From IMG/VR virus record IMGVR_UViG_3300021430_000416, positions 18,435 through 82,434 of that record: DNA of 64,000 nucleotides, one strand, 5' to 3'. Positions 29,464-38,472 of the stretch are shown here, piece by piece (the stretch's first letter is position 1; each line of letters starts with the position of its first letter). A program made the position numbers and the translations under genes. Source of the DNA: a virus (lineage: Duplodnaviria > Heunggongvirae > Uroviricota > Caudoviricetes). Under the pieces are notes generated by a model that made no database searches, was not told the DNA's origin, and was given only the letters and a program-made list of their open reading frames with translations.

Positions 29464-29687
29464 TGAAATATCTAGGACAAAACGAATTAGGACAAGAAGT
29501 ATTCCATAACCAACCAAAAGAAGTTGATTGGGCTGGTGTTGATTATGATGGTGAGTTGAAGTTTGGTAGAGCAATCAATCCAAGATACACATGGGCATCA
29601 GAAGTTTGGAGAGGATACGAACCAATTGGTGAAACGGTTGAGAATAGTGGATATAAACCATTAACACAAATAAAGAGAGAACAATGA
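29463..29687 (+). CDS. hypothetical protein
   Basis: 74 aa ORF. Confidence 0.4.
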   Translation: MKYLGQNELGQEVFHNQPKEVDWAGVDYDGELKFGRAINPRYTWASEVWRGYEPIGETVENSGYKPLTQIKREQ

Positions 29688-29920
29688 AAAAGTTAGTTTG
29701 GAAATTAATTAATATCCTTGATAATAATCACGGGTATTCAACACCACTACAAAAGAGATTTGATGTTGGTGATATTGTTAAGATGTCAATACATAAGAAA
29801 CCCGATACCATTTTTAGAATAAACGAGGAAGTCAAGATATTAGAAACGGGAAGACATGACTACCTTGTTGAAAACATAAGAGGTTTAAAGGCGGTTGTTT
29901 ATCAATTTGAATTATCATGA
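29684..29920 (+). CDS. hypothetical protein
   Basis: 78 aa ORF. Confidence 0.4.
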   Translation: MKKLVWKLINILDNNHGYSTPLQKRFDVGDIVKMSIHKKPDTIFRINEEVKILETGRHDYLVENIRGLKAVVYQFELS

Positions 29921-30348
29921 AAATAAAACTATTATTAATTGCAACATTGTTATTGTCCGCATGTGGTCCTTCTTACACACCTGAAGAAGAGGTAAGACTG
30001 AAAAGAGAAATCACCCGTTTAAGTGGTGAGAGAAGTGGGTTGGTTCAAGATGTAAGAACACTCCAAGGTCAACACGATATCTTAAAGAATGAGGTTTCTG
30101 TTTACCAAACTGAAAAAAAGATTTACGATTCGGGAAAAACGCCGGTCTATATTTTAACTCTCCATTTCCAAGAACATAAGATGGAACTATCCTTTGATAG
30201 AATCAGTTTCAGTTTCGATGTTCCGGTTGATGAGCAGTTCTACAAGGAAAGTAAAATCGGTTCAGAATTGGGTCATGGTTCTCGTTCATTTAAATTATTC
30301 CATAGTGGTGATATTACAATTGAGGATAAGAGAATAGAATATCGTTAA
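29917..30348 (+). CDS. lipoprotein
   Basis: Signal peptide LLSACGPS. Confidence 0.5.
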   Translation: MKIKLLLIATLLLSACGPSYTPEEEVRLKREITRLSGERSGLVQDVRTLQGQHDILKNEVSVYQTEKKIYDSGKTPVYILTLHFQEHKMELSFDRISFSFDVPVDEQFYKESKIGSELGHGSRSFKLFHSGDITIEDKRIEYR

Positions 30349-30716
30349 TGGGTGGATTCAAATTCTTACGTGGTTACGAAGGGGTAAGATTTGTTCCGGT
30401 ATTAGAACCGGGTGTGAGGTGGATTGATAGACCTGAACTTGAAATAAGTTATTTTGATGGAGGTGTGATTCACACAAGAAGATATCATAGTCAAATTTAT
30501 AATTTACGAGATTCTTCATTAAGGTCTTTTATTGACAATAACCCCGATGCGTATATAGCAATATTCCAAGCGATGCACGTACCCACAGGTACTTTAATAT
30601 CGGTTAGAGAGGGAAACGTAGAGCAACTAGATTTTAGACAACCAGACATGAATTATAGAATGGTGGTCATTAACGATTTAACCATACCTGAAAGAGAAAT
30701 TGATAGAATATTTTAA
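30348..30716 (+). CDS. FKFLRGY-family small protein
   Basis: N-terminus MGGFKFLRGYEG. One of six paralogs sharing this N-terminal peptide. Confidence 0.55.
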   Translation: MGGFKFLRGYEGVRFVPVLEPGVRWIDRPELEISYFDGGVIHTRRYHSQIYNLRDSSLRSFIDNNPDAYIAIFQAMHVPTGTLISVREGNVEQLDFRQPDMNYRMVVINDLTIPEREIDRIF

Positions 30717-30722
30717 AAAAAA

Positions 30723-30754
30723 TTTGGAATATACTAGAATTCGTTTTACATTTG
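30723..30754 (+). promoter_or_regulatory. class-A promoter (TTTGG-AATATACTAGAATTCG-TACATTTG)
   Basis: Diverged copy of the 12001/36623 promoter. Confidence 0.5.
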
Positions 30755-30791
30755 TCTTCACAAACAAACAAACAATAATGGTTTAAAACTA

Positions 30792-30944
30792 TGGAAAAGT
30801 ACAAAGTAACACTTTTAAATTCAAAGGATGAAGAAGTGTTAGTCACATTAGTTTACGCTACAGATTACGCAGATGCCGACAGAAAGGCCAAAGCGTTGGT
30901 TGAAAGTTCAAGAGATAAGAGTGTTGTATCTTATAGAATATTAT
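30792..30944 (+). CDS. small hypothetical protein (50 aa, below the ORF-track cutoff)
   Basis: ATG about 38 nt after the -7 box. MEKYKVTLLNSKDEEVLVTLVYATDYADADRKAKALVESSRDKSVVSYRIL. Confidence 0.3.
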
Positions 30945-30949
30945 AACCA

Positions 30950-31156
30950 ATGATTAAGTGTACAGACAAAGGTAAGTGGACTTGTATTGGTAGAAACGGT
31001 GTACCAAAGAAATCATTTAATGATGATAAGTCAGCAATAAGTGCTGCGAAAATTATAAATGAAAACACACCCGACTCACCAACTAAACTGGTGGCTTATA
31101 AGTGCACCCATTGTCAGAAATATCATTTATTATCAGTTAGAAGAAAAAAACAATGA
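30950..31156 (+). CDS. small zinc-ribbon protein
   Basis: CTDKGKWTC...CTHCQKYH. Confidence 0.45.
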   Translation: MIKCTDKGKWTCIGRNGVPKKSFNDDKSAISAAKIINENTPDSPTKLVAYKCTHCQKYHLLSVRRKKQ

Positions 31157-31443
31157 AACTATTTGGAAAACTTTTAATTCTATTACTCATAGTTTTGAGT
31201 AGTTGCGAAGAAGGTAATGTGAAATATTCTTGTGTTGAAGGAAACATTAGGATATTAAATAAAGAAAAGTATCCTTGTGCTAGAGGCGGTGGTGATTGCG
31301 TTTTCAAATTTTATCTTTACGATGGGAAAAACGCATATTGGTGCAACACCGATAAAACTACGTGGGATAACTACAATGTGAACGATACTTTACCAACAAT
31401 AGTAATTACAAAAACAGTTGTAGTTTCGGAGGGACATCAATAA
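31153..31443 (+). CDS. lipoprotein
   Basis: Signal peptide VLSSCEEG. Confidence 0.5.
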   Translation: MKLFGKLLILLLIVLSSCEEGNVKYSCVEGNIRILNKEKYPCARGGGDCVFKFYLYDGKNAYWCNTDKTTWDNYNVNDTLPTIVITKTVVVSEGHQ

Positions 31444-31715
31444 CATGACACACTATCCAATATTAATCATCAGGAAAGATGACAACGAAGAGTTTATTCA
31501 TTTGGGTGAAGGTATGTACAGAACGAAGTGGGGACTAATGAATAACAGTATTCAAGAGACTCCACTTTCTGCATTTGATGCGAATCATTTCACATTCTAT
31601 TATAAATGAAAAAAATTCTTATCATAGGGTTATCGTTATTACTAATGTCTTGTTCTGTTAAGAAAAGACAGATGCCCTATCGATATCAATATAAAAACAT
31701 TCCACATTTTAAAGT

Positions 31716-32021
31716 ATGATTGCATATAAATTAATCAGGAAGTTGAAGGATGGTTCGTTATCACCATTGTTCATCAACAAGAAGAGTAGAATACCCGTTG
31801 GTGTTTGGATGGATGCTGAATATCACCCAACAAAAGGATATGCCGGTAGAAAAGGTTGGCATTGTACATTGAAACCCAACGCACCACACCTATCAGAAAA
31901 GAACCGAGTATGGGTTGAGGTTGAGGTGGAAAACTATGAATACTACAATAGACCCGAATCACAAGGTGGTACTTGGGTGTTAGCACAAAGAATGAAAGTC
32001 ATTCGAGAATTAAACTCGTAG
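31716..32021 (+). CDS. hypothetical protein
   Basis: 101 aa ORF. Confidence 0.45.
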   Translation: MIAYKLIRKLKDGSLSPLFINKKSRIPVGVWMDAEYHPTKGYAGRKGWHCTLKPNAPHLSEKNRVWVEVEVENYEYYNRPESQGGTWVLAQRMKVIRELNS

Positions 32022-32045
32022 AAAATAAAATATTTTCATTATTTT

Positions 32046-32077
32046 TTTGGATATTCCGAAAAAATCAATTACCTTTG
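32046..32077 (+). promoter_or_regulatory. Bacteroidetes-type promoter (TTTGG-N19-TACCTTTG)
   Basis: Consensus -33 and -7 elements about 24 nt upstream of the ATG at 32101. Confidence 0.5.
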
Positions 32078-32100
32078 AAGTCAAATAAAAAAGAAAAGTT

Positions 32101-32325
32101 ATGATGAAATTTGTAATCATTGTCCTACTAATTGTGGGAGTAATTTCGGCACTAGTTTACATTGGTCAATTGATATTTGGCCAAAAGAAAACCCCTAACA
32201 CCACACTATCGGGATTAAAGACCGAGGTTGAGGAAACCGTTTCTAAAGTGAAAGAAACAAAGGAAAAAGTAAAAGACATCAATCAAGAGGTTGATGAAAT
32301 AAACGAAACACTTAAAAACTCTTAA
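32101..32325 (+). CDS. small membrane/coiled-coil protein
   Basis: 74 aa with an N-terminal TM helix. Confidence 0.45.
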   Translation: MMKFVIIVLLIVGVISALVYIGQLIFGQKKTPNTTLSGLKTEVEETVSKVKETKEKVKDINQEVDEINETLKNS

Positions 32326-32353
32326 TTAATCAAAACAAAACAAAAAAACAAAA

Positions 32354-33547
32354 ATGGAAAATCAAGTAAAAAACATCATTAAGATTGTCGTAGTTGCGGT
32401 TTTAGCAATCACTACACTGTTCGTAGCCCCAAAATTATTCGAGGACGTGGATGCCGGTGAAGTTGTAATCATCCAAGACCCGTTTGATGGTGAACTACAC
32501 GTTAACACAGAACCTGGTTTTGTTTGGCAAGGTGGTGGACGAGCGACTCACTATCGTAAATCAAATCAGTTTTGGTTCTCAGCACCTACTGAAGAAGGTC
32601 AACCAAACTTATCAATCCCTGTAAAATGGAATGACGGTGGTCACGCATCTATCTCGGGTTCTGTTCGTTATGACCTACCTACCGACCAAGTGAGTTTAAT
32701 TAAGATTCACTCAATCTTCGGTTCACAAGAAGCATTGGAAACTCAATTAATTAAAACAAACATTGAGAAGGCAATCTACATGACAGGTCCACTTATGACA
32801 TCTAAAGAATCATACGCAGAAAAACGTAACGATTTGATTTTCTACATCGAAGACCAAGCATCTCGTGGTGTGTATAAAACAAAACAGATTGAGGTGAAAG
32901 AAGTTGATGCACTTACTAACGAAGAAAAGTTGGTGACTAAAGTTGAGATTGTTGAGAAGACACCGGGTCAACCTATTCGTCAGGAAGAATCACCAATTAA
33001 ATCTTATGGTGTTCGTTTATATAACATCTCAATCAACGGCATCACCTATGATAAAGCAGTTGAGAAACAAATCCAAACTCAACAACAAGCAATCATGAAC
33101 GTACAGACCGCTATCGCAAACGCTAAGAAAGCAGAACAAGACGCTATCACCATTGCTAAACAAGGTGAGGCTGAAGCAGCAAAAGCTAAGTGGGAACAAG
33201 AGGTTATCAAGGCTAAGATGGTGACTGAAGCTGAAGCGAAACGTAAAGTTGCTGAAGAAGATGTTAAAACCGCTGAATTAAACAAACGTCGTGACATCCT
33301 TGAAGGTGAGGGTATTGCAGCTAAGAAAAGATTGGTGATGCAGGCGGACGGTGCATTGGAACAAAAACTTGCGGCTTGGAAATTTGCCGAAGAAAAGAAA
33401 TGGGATGCATTCTCTAAATTCTCAGGTAATATGGTTCCTCTTTATCAATCAGGTAATGGTAGTGGTAACAACAACGCCATGAATTGGATGGAGATTATGG
33501 GAATGAAAGCAGCTAAGGATTTAAACTTAGACCTTAAAGCGAAGTAA
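32354..33547 (+). CDS. SPFH/band-7 (prohibitin/HflK-like) membrane protein
   Basis: N-terminal TM helix. GEVVIIQDPFDGELHV..PGF is an SPFH core. The C-terminus is an Ala/Lys/Glu-rich coiled coil typical of HflK/C. Confidence 0.65.
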   Translation: MENQVKNIIKIVVVAVLAITTLFVAPKLFEDVDAGEVVIIQDPFDGELHVNTEPGFVWQGGGRATHYRKSNQFWFSAPTEEGQPNLSIPVKWNDGGHASISGSVRYDLPTDQVSLIKIHSIFGSQEALETQLIKTNIEKAIYMTGPLMTSKESYAEKRNDLIFYIEDQASRGVYKTKQIEVKEVDALTNEEKLVTKVEIVEKTPGQPIRQEESPIKSYGVRLYNISINGITYDKAVEKQIQTQQQAIMNVQTAIANAKKAEQDAITIAKQGEAEAAKAKWEQEVIKAKMVTEAEAKRKVAEEDVKTAELNKRRDILEGEGIAAKKRLVMQADGALEQKLAAWKFAEEKKWDAFSKFSGNMVPLYQSGNGSGNNNAMNWMEIMGMKAAKDLNLDLKAK

Positions 33548-33599
33548 TAAATATGGGTGTTGTTACCCTTGGTTACGACCAAAAATAAAAACAAAAGTT

Positions 33600-33624
33600 G
33601 GGGAGACTATTCTCCCCAATATTT
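33600..33624 (+). terminator. rho-independent terminator after the SPFH gene
   Basis: GGGGAGA-ctat-TCTCCCC hairpin followed by a T-rich tract. Confidence 0.5.
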
Positions 33625-34345
33625 CCCCGATTGTCGGTCAGTCCTAAACACGGTGTTCGAGTCACCATAAAAACGGTAGTGTTGCGGATGGTAGGTTCGA
33701 GTCCTATGTCGGGGGCAAACCTCAGAAGTAATTAATCTGAGACTGAGTGATTCGAAGCACTCGATTGGTTATGGTGTATTGGGCACAGTAGAACGGAGTA
33801 CCGACAGTTCACATGAGGACGGGGAAAGGGGATACGGGATTGGGTTCGACTCCCTTTAATCAACTAAAGACCCCACAATTGACGGACGTACTCATCTGTC
33901 ATGGTGTGTGAACCCGGCATGAAGGCTCCGGGGCTATGGGGGAGGCTACACAAAAAGTGAAACTCACATAATCTCTAATAAACGGGGTTAACTGATTTGG
34001 GGAAGTTCAATCAGGTGTGTTGGAATCGAAACCATGAGTTCCTCATTATGGGTTGAGAGGGTTAGGGACTTTAATTAGTCGTGTTGTAATCCACAAGTCG
34101 TAAAGATACTGAACAACTTTACGGTACACACTCTTCTTCCGAGTGAGACTCCCACGTAACTTTGGGGGTAGGGTGAAGATGTTCTGAGGGTATCCCTGAA
34201 AGATGGGAGAGAGTAGAGACCTATCGTGGATGGTTACTAAGTCTTAACGAATCTTGAGACTATCGGTAGGGATATTATGTCGCCAAATATAACTTTCAAA
34301 AGGTTCTCCCAAAATGGCGTGGGGATGGTTCAGGACCTTTTTTTA
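33625..34345 (+). ncRNA. candidate large structured non-coding RNA (class unknown) with an embedded tRNA-like T-arm/acceptor motif
   Basis: About 720 nt with no ORF of 60 aa or more on either strand. Locally much more G+C-rich than the flanks. Contains several GTTCGAGTC / GTTCGACTC T-loop hairpins and many G-rich helices, and ends in a T7 run at about 34338. Confidence 0.4.
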
Positions 34346-34358
34346 CATTAACCTTAAT

Positions 34359-34790
34359 ATGAAAAAACAATTTATAAAAGACTTACCAATTTACCTAAAT
34401 GGGTTTGCAGTTGGATTTATATTTTGGAGTCTCCCGAAGTACGATATAATAAGTATATTAATGTACATTCTATCAATGGTGACTTTCTTTTGGTACGGAA
34501 AAACTTTAACCAAAAAAGAAGAAGGGAGATTCATACCAAGAAAGTACAGAATATTCAATGTTGATGTTTTCAACGAATGGTTTAATGATAAAGAGAACGG
34601 TGCGGTTTATGCTAACTCCGGCATTTTCCTAAGATTGGATAAACTTTCAATCTCACACATCGAAGATTATTTAGTTAAATGTCACGGGTTGGAATTATCC
34701 AATTGGGATATTGATGAGGATGTGAGAAATTTCTACGAGGAAATTAGAAAAGACTGGTTAAACAAACTTAATCAAAACGAAACAAAATAA
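34359..34790 (+). CDS. hypothetical membrane protein
   Basis: Start taken at MKKQF. The upstream in-frame extension overlaps the ncRNA/terminator region. Confidence 0.5.
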   Translation: MKKQFIKDLPIYLNGFAVGFIFWSLPKYDIISILMYILSMVTFFWYGKTLTKKEEGRFIPRKYRIFNVDVFNEWFNDKENGAVYANSGIFLRLDKLSISHIEDYLVKCHGLELSNWDIDEDVRNFYEEIRKDWLNKLNQNETK

Positions 34791-34948
34791 TGGAACAGAA
34801 ATTTTTAATAACAGATGACCCACATACTGTACAGGGTTATTTAGATAAGGGTTGGAGGGTAGTGTCTGTAACTGCACAGGTGGTATCAACAGGGAAAGAT
34901 TATTCTTCTGAGAAAGGTAAATTTGCAATTGTTTTAGAAAGAGCACTA
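34790..34948 (+). CDS. small hypothetical protein (52 aa, below the ORF-track cutoff)
   Basis: MEQKFLITDDPHTVQGYLDKGWRVVSV... ATGA overlaps at both ends. Confidence 0.4.
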
Positions 34949-35397
34949 TGACACCAAAGATAAAAAGAAAGTGGATTAAAGAGGAGAAACGAATCGTTTA
35001 TCTCTTATATAGAAAAGGACTCTTAAAAGATTTTAAGGTGTCCGATTTGTATTGGGCCGAATATCATTGGTATCGTAAAAAATGTTATAAAACTAAGAAA
35101 AACAAATACGACGGTAAAAGATATAGATTCCCCATATACATGCCGGAGATTCATTATTGCACCACAGATTATTGGGGTGAGAGTGATGAACATAGCATCG
35201 TTTCACACGTACTTGATATGTTGCATTGGCAACATGTTGACATGGATAATTGGGATGACACATCAGGTGAGTGGCCTAAGTCAACATTCAAGAAAATGAA
35301 TAGAAGTCAATTCATTCATTACCTGAAAAAACTACCGACAGTAGTTCCCGACAATAAAGTAAACAAACTATTAAAAAAATGTTCATATGATGAATAA
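34948..35397 (+). CDS. hypothetical protein
   Basis: 149 aa ORF. Confidence 0.5.
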   Translation: MTPKIKRKWIKEEKRIVYLLYRKGLLKDFKVSDLYWAEYHWYRKKCYKTKKNKYDGKRYRFPIYMPEIHYCTTDYWGESDEHSIVSHVLDMLHWQHVDMDNWDDTSGEWPKSTFKKMNRSQFIHYLKKLPTVVPDNKVNKLLKKCSYDE

Positions 35398-35857
35398 TAT
35401 AGATAAGAAAAAATACGTCACATATGACCAAGCCGTAAAACTCAAAGAAAAAGAATTCAATGAGGAGTGTAAGTATTTTTACGACATGGAATTTAAAGAA
35501 CTAACATTCCACATTGGTGATGTTGGGGATATATATAGGAATTCAGAAATTGTGAATGGTTATGGTAAATTAAATTACCCAATGATATCTGCACCTAGAC
35601 TAACAGATGTGGTTGATTGGTTATTAAAACATCACGATATATGGGTTTACACTTACCCGGTTAAACCATTCAATCCTTTTGAGGGTGATGAACATTATCC
35701 AAATATTGTGTGGGTTAGTAAGGTTTTGTCACTTAAACAAGTTAACTTTGAAAAGTTTATCGATGCGGACAACGGTCTTGCGGTGAATCATCATCACACA
35801 CCCGAAGATGCAATCTCTGCGGCGTTAGACTTTTTATTGAAAGATAACACAAAGTAG
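35387..35857 (+). CDS. hypothetical protein
   Basis: 156 aa ORF. Confidence 0.5.
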   Translation: MMNNIDKKKYVTYDQAVKLKEKEFNEECKYFYDMEFKELTFHIGDVGDIYRNSEIVNGYGKLNYPMISAPRLTDVVDWLLKHHDIWVYTYPVKPFNPFEGDEHYPNIVWVSKVLSLKQVNFEKFIDADNGLAVNHHHTPEDAISAALDFLLKDNTK

Positions 35858-35870
35858 AATTAAACGGTGA

Positions 35871-36350
35871 ATGAATAACATTTTCAAATTCGGTCGAGGT
35901 TATTTAGATGGTCTCAAATATAGAATCACTGAAGAACATGGTGTAACTTATGTTGTTCACATTGATTTTGCTGAATTGTCTGAATGTTTAGACAGAAATG
36001 GTGTGAACAGTGTTGATACTCTATTCAATTATTGGAATAGTATGAATCGAAACCATTACGAGGTTATCGATTACACAAGACCCACCGAACAGATTAGGGT
36101 TGGTGTGGTTACCAACACTAGAGATTCATTTAGACGTTGGTTAGAGAGTAACAACATGGCATCTGTTATAAGAACGGTTCGTCAATCAGGACAGAATGTT
36201 CGTTTGGGAAATACTTTTTATAGGAACATAACAACTTCAACCGATTTTAGGGGATATACTTTTGATTATTTTATTGATACCGATAGTGCACATCTGAATC
36301 GTGAATTTAATGAGATTAATGAACAAAAAAGATACCGTTTAATCCAATAA
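35871..36350 (+). CDS. hypothetical protein, diverged member of the FKFLRGY family
   Basis: N-terminus MNNIFKFGRGYLDG. Confidence 0.5.
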   Translation: MNNIFKFGRGYLDGLKYRITEEHGVTYVVHIDFAELSECLDRNGVNSVDTLFNYWNSMNRNHYEVIDYTRPTEQIRVGVVTNTRDSFRRWLESNNMASVIRTVRQSGQNVRLGNTFYRNITTSTDFRGYTFDYFIDTDSAHLNREFNEINEQKRYRLIQ

Positions 36351-36355
36351 TAGTT

Positions 36356-36604
36356 ATGGCATACAAAATATACACCGAACAAAACCTAGCCGACACATCA
36401 AGAGACCCCGATGATGTTGTCATTGAAGAATTGGGTTACAAAAATAACTTAGATGATGCATTATTGTTAGGTAACAACTTCATAAAAGACAATTTCTTTC
36501 ACAAGGACACCACAATTAGACAAAGAACTGATGACACATACACCGCAACAGATTTTTGTAGTTACGGTAAAACCTTGATAATCAAGGAGATTGTAATTGA
36601 TTAG
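36356..36604 (+). CDS. hypothetical protein
   Basis: 82 aa ORF. Confidence 0.45.
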   Translation: MAYKIYTEQNLADTSRDPDDVVIEELGYKNNLDDALLLGNNFIKDNFFHKDTTIRQRTDDTYTATDFCSYGKTLIIKEIVID

Positions 36605-36622
36605 AAAAAAATCAAAAAAAAA

Positions 36623-36653
36623 TTTGGAATATTCTAGAACATCACTACCTTTG
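36623..36653 (+). promoter_or_regulatory. class-A promoter: TTTGG-AATATTCTAGAACAT-TACCTTTG
   Basis: Near-identical to the promoter at 12001. Confidence 0.55.
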
Positions 36654-36679
36654 TGATGTAAAATTAAATTTTAAAAATC

Positions 36680-37030
36680 ATGGCAAACAAAAACATTACC
36701 AACGGAATGAAAGCATTAGAGCTTTTGAAATCCAACAAGACAGTAGCAGAACGTGCTGAGAATTATGCAACCGCAGTGAAGCGTAACATTCAACGTGATG
36801 TTATCGACACCCTAACCGCCAAAAAAGAGGCTATCGAAGATGAGTTGTTTGAGTTGACAAACTTCAATCTTGAGACCGATGTGAACAAAGGTTTTCAAGC
36901 GATGACCAAAGACTCTGTTGAGACTCGTTTCAAGAAAATCATCGACCTTGAGTACAAGTTGAAATTGGTTACTCTTGAGTTGACAGCAAAACAAGAATCA
37001 TTCAACAAATACTTCGGAGATGGCGAATAA
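36680..37030 (+). CDS. hypothetical coiled-coil protein
   Basis: 116 aa ORF. Confidence 0.5.
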   Translation: MANKNITNGMKALELLKSNKTVAERAENYATAVKRNIQRDVIDTLTAKKEAIEDELFELTNFNLETDVNKGFQAMTKDSVETRFKKIIDLEYKLKLVTLELTAKQESFNKYFGDGE

Positions 37031-37520
37031 ACGGATATACATAAGTTGTCCGATAGCTGTTGACGAAGAAGTATTGGACGAGTTCGCCGATTTGGTGGAC
37101 AGTATAGATGGTTTAACTTCATATCATTGGGAACGTGGAACAAGATATGACCAAAAGATGTTTGATACATCTGATGCGTATCTTTTCATCTTACCTTACA
37201 ACAAGTTCAAAGCGGGAAATTCTGAATTACCAATTGGACTAAAAAGGGAATTAGATGCGGCACATAAAACCGGTAAGAAAATCTTTGTTGGGTACATAAC
37301 CAAGAGTGGTGAGTTCGCAATCTATTTAGCATCATCAAATGGTTATTACATCGAAGGTATTCCCGGTACAACCCACGAGATTTCATCTATGGTTGATAAT
37401 GTGGTCACAACTAAATACGACCCAACAACCTTTGAGGAAACAACATACCTTAATGGGGAAAAGGTTAAGACCGATACCAATTACACATTCGATGAGAGAG
37501 CACTTCTAATGTTACTGTAA
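37020..37520 (+). CDS. hypothetical protein; possible third nucleoside 2-deoxyribosyltransferase/SLOG-like protein
   Basis: RIYISCPI at the N-terminus and ELPIGLKRELDAAHKTGKKIFVGY resemble the deoxyribosyltransferase fold. Weak. Confidence 0.45.
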   Translation: MANKRIYISCPIAVDEEVLDEFADLVDSIDGLTSYHWERGTRYDQKMFDTSDAYLFILPYNKFKAGNSELPIGLKRELDAAHKTGKKIFVGYITKSGEFAIYLASSNGYYIEGIPGTTHEISSMVDNVVTTKYDPTTFEETTYLNGEKVKTDTNYTFDERALLMLL

Positions 37521-37750
37521 TGAAGAAGCTAATCCTTACCGATGATGATTTTTATTCCTTATACAATGGGAGTTATGATGGTAGGGCTATCAGGGGTGGA
37601 ACTAAAAGACTATTCGATGCGGAGTTGGTTATTAAACTAAACCGAGACGGTAGTTACGAGGTTATCAAAGATAGGTTCGGTTTATCCAAAGAACAAATTG
37701 AATTGGAGATAAATCAACCCGATGAACGCCTACTCCTAATGTTAGGATAA
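37520..37750 (+). CDS. hypothetical protein
   Basis: 76 aa ORF. Confidence 0.4.
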   Translation: MKKLILTDDDFYSLYNGSYDGRAIRGGTKRLFDAELVIKLNRDGSYEVIKDRFGLSKEQIELEINQPDERLLLMLG

Positions 37751-37805
37751 AAAATAACAGTTTACTTGGGCAACGTTCTGTTAATTAAATAATCGGAGCC
37801 CGCCA

Positions 37806-37883
37806 TGGTCAGGTGGTGAATGGTAACACAACTCGCGGTGTACACAAAGGGGTGAAAATGCAGGTTCGAATCCTGTCTTGACC
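37806..37883 (+). tRNA. tRNA-like gene (no encoded CCA); anticodon arm not confidently folded by eye
   Basis: 7-bp acceptor stem GGTCAGG/CTTGACC. U8. D-arm with the GG loop. Canonical T-arm GCAGG-TTCGAAT-CCTGT. Discriminator A. The central 30 nt do not form an obvious 5-bp/7-nt anticodon hairpin. Confidence 0.45.
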
Positions 37884-37901
37884 ACAATAAAAAAATAAAC
37901 C

Positions 37902-38207
37902 GTGGAAACAAAATTAGAGAATCCATTTTGGATTAACGGTGATTTCAAATGGTATCGTGATGAGAAAACTCAGAAGTTTCTTTCATCGGAAAACGATTTT
38001 AATTTACCGGCATTGAGTGGACTACATTGTTGTATTGTCATCAATGAAAAAGAGGGTGTGAAGGATTATGTTTTGTTGGATGAAAAACAAAACATTATTT
38101 GTGCGTATGATTACCCAAGTCAATTCCACGAATACGAAACAAAAATTAAGATGTTAAAGATTATCAAACATTATGATGACAGTGAAAAAAGAAATGACAT
38201 TCAATGA
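37902..38207 (+). CDS. hypothetical protein
   Basis: 101 aa ORF. Confidence 0.45.
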   Translation: METKLENPFWINGDFKWYRDEKTQKFLSSENDFNLPALSGLHCCIVINEKEGVKDYVLLDEKQNIICAYDYPSQFHEYETKIKMLKIIKHYDDSEKRNDIQ

Positions 38208-38472
38208 TTTCTGTTATAAAATCATGGATGGTATGTATGAACCAAGATTACCATTGGAAAGTCAATGTACGGGTTACAAACTCTTGAGACAAATGGTGAT
38301 TAAGGATATCACACCGGCAACAAAAGAAGAGTTTGATAGATGGAAGAATAACCCAACAACCGAGGAACTACTGTCAGCACCTGATATCAAGTACTTAACA
38401 TTTTTACACGAACTATCAAGACCAATTGTTAGAGAACATTGGGATAAAATAAAACAGTTGAAGATTGATTAA
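38173..38472 (+). CDS. hypothetical protein
   Basis: 99 aa ORF. Confidence 0.45.
   Translation: MMTVKKEMTFNDFCYKIMDGMYEPRLPLESQCTGYKLLRQMVIKDITPATKEEFDRWKNNPTTEELLSAPDIKYLTFLHELSRPIVREHWDKIKQLKID

Noticed and set aside
33625-33715. Calling a conventional tRNA-Ser(CGA) gene inside the structured region
   Set aside because: Acceptor stem, T-arm and an anticodon-like loop (TT-CGA-GT) can be drawn, but no D-stem forms and the variable region does not make a hairpin. Reported only as a tRNA-like motif within the candidate ncRNA.
33625-34345. tmRNA (ssrA) or RNase P RNA identity for the structured region
   Set aside because: There is a T-arm/acceptor-like motif and a GAACCCGGC segment loosely reminiscent of RNase P P4. 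I could find no tag-peptide reading frame ending in ALAA-stop and no GGAAAGTCCGG P4 5' strand, so neither assignment is supported. Left as class unknown.
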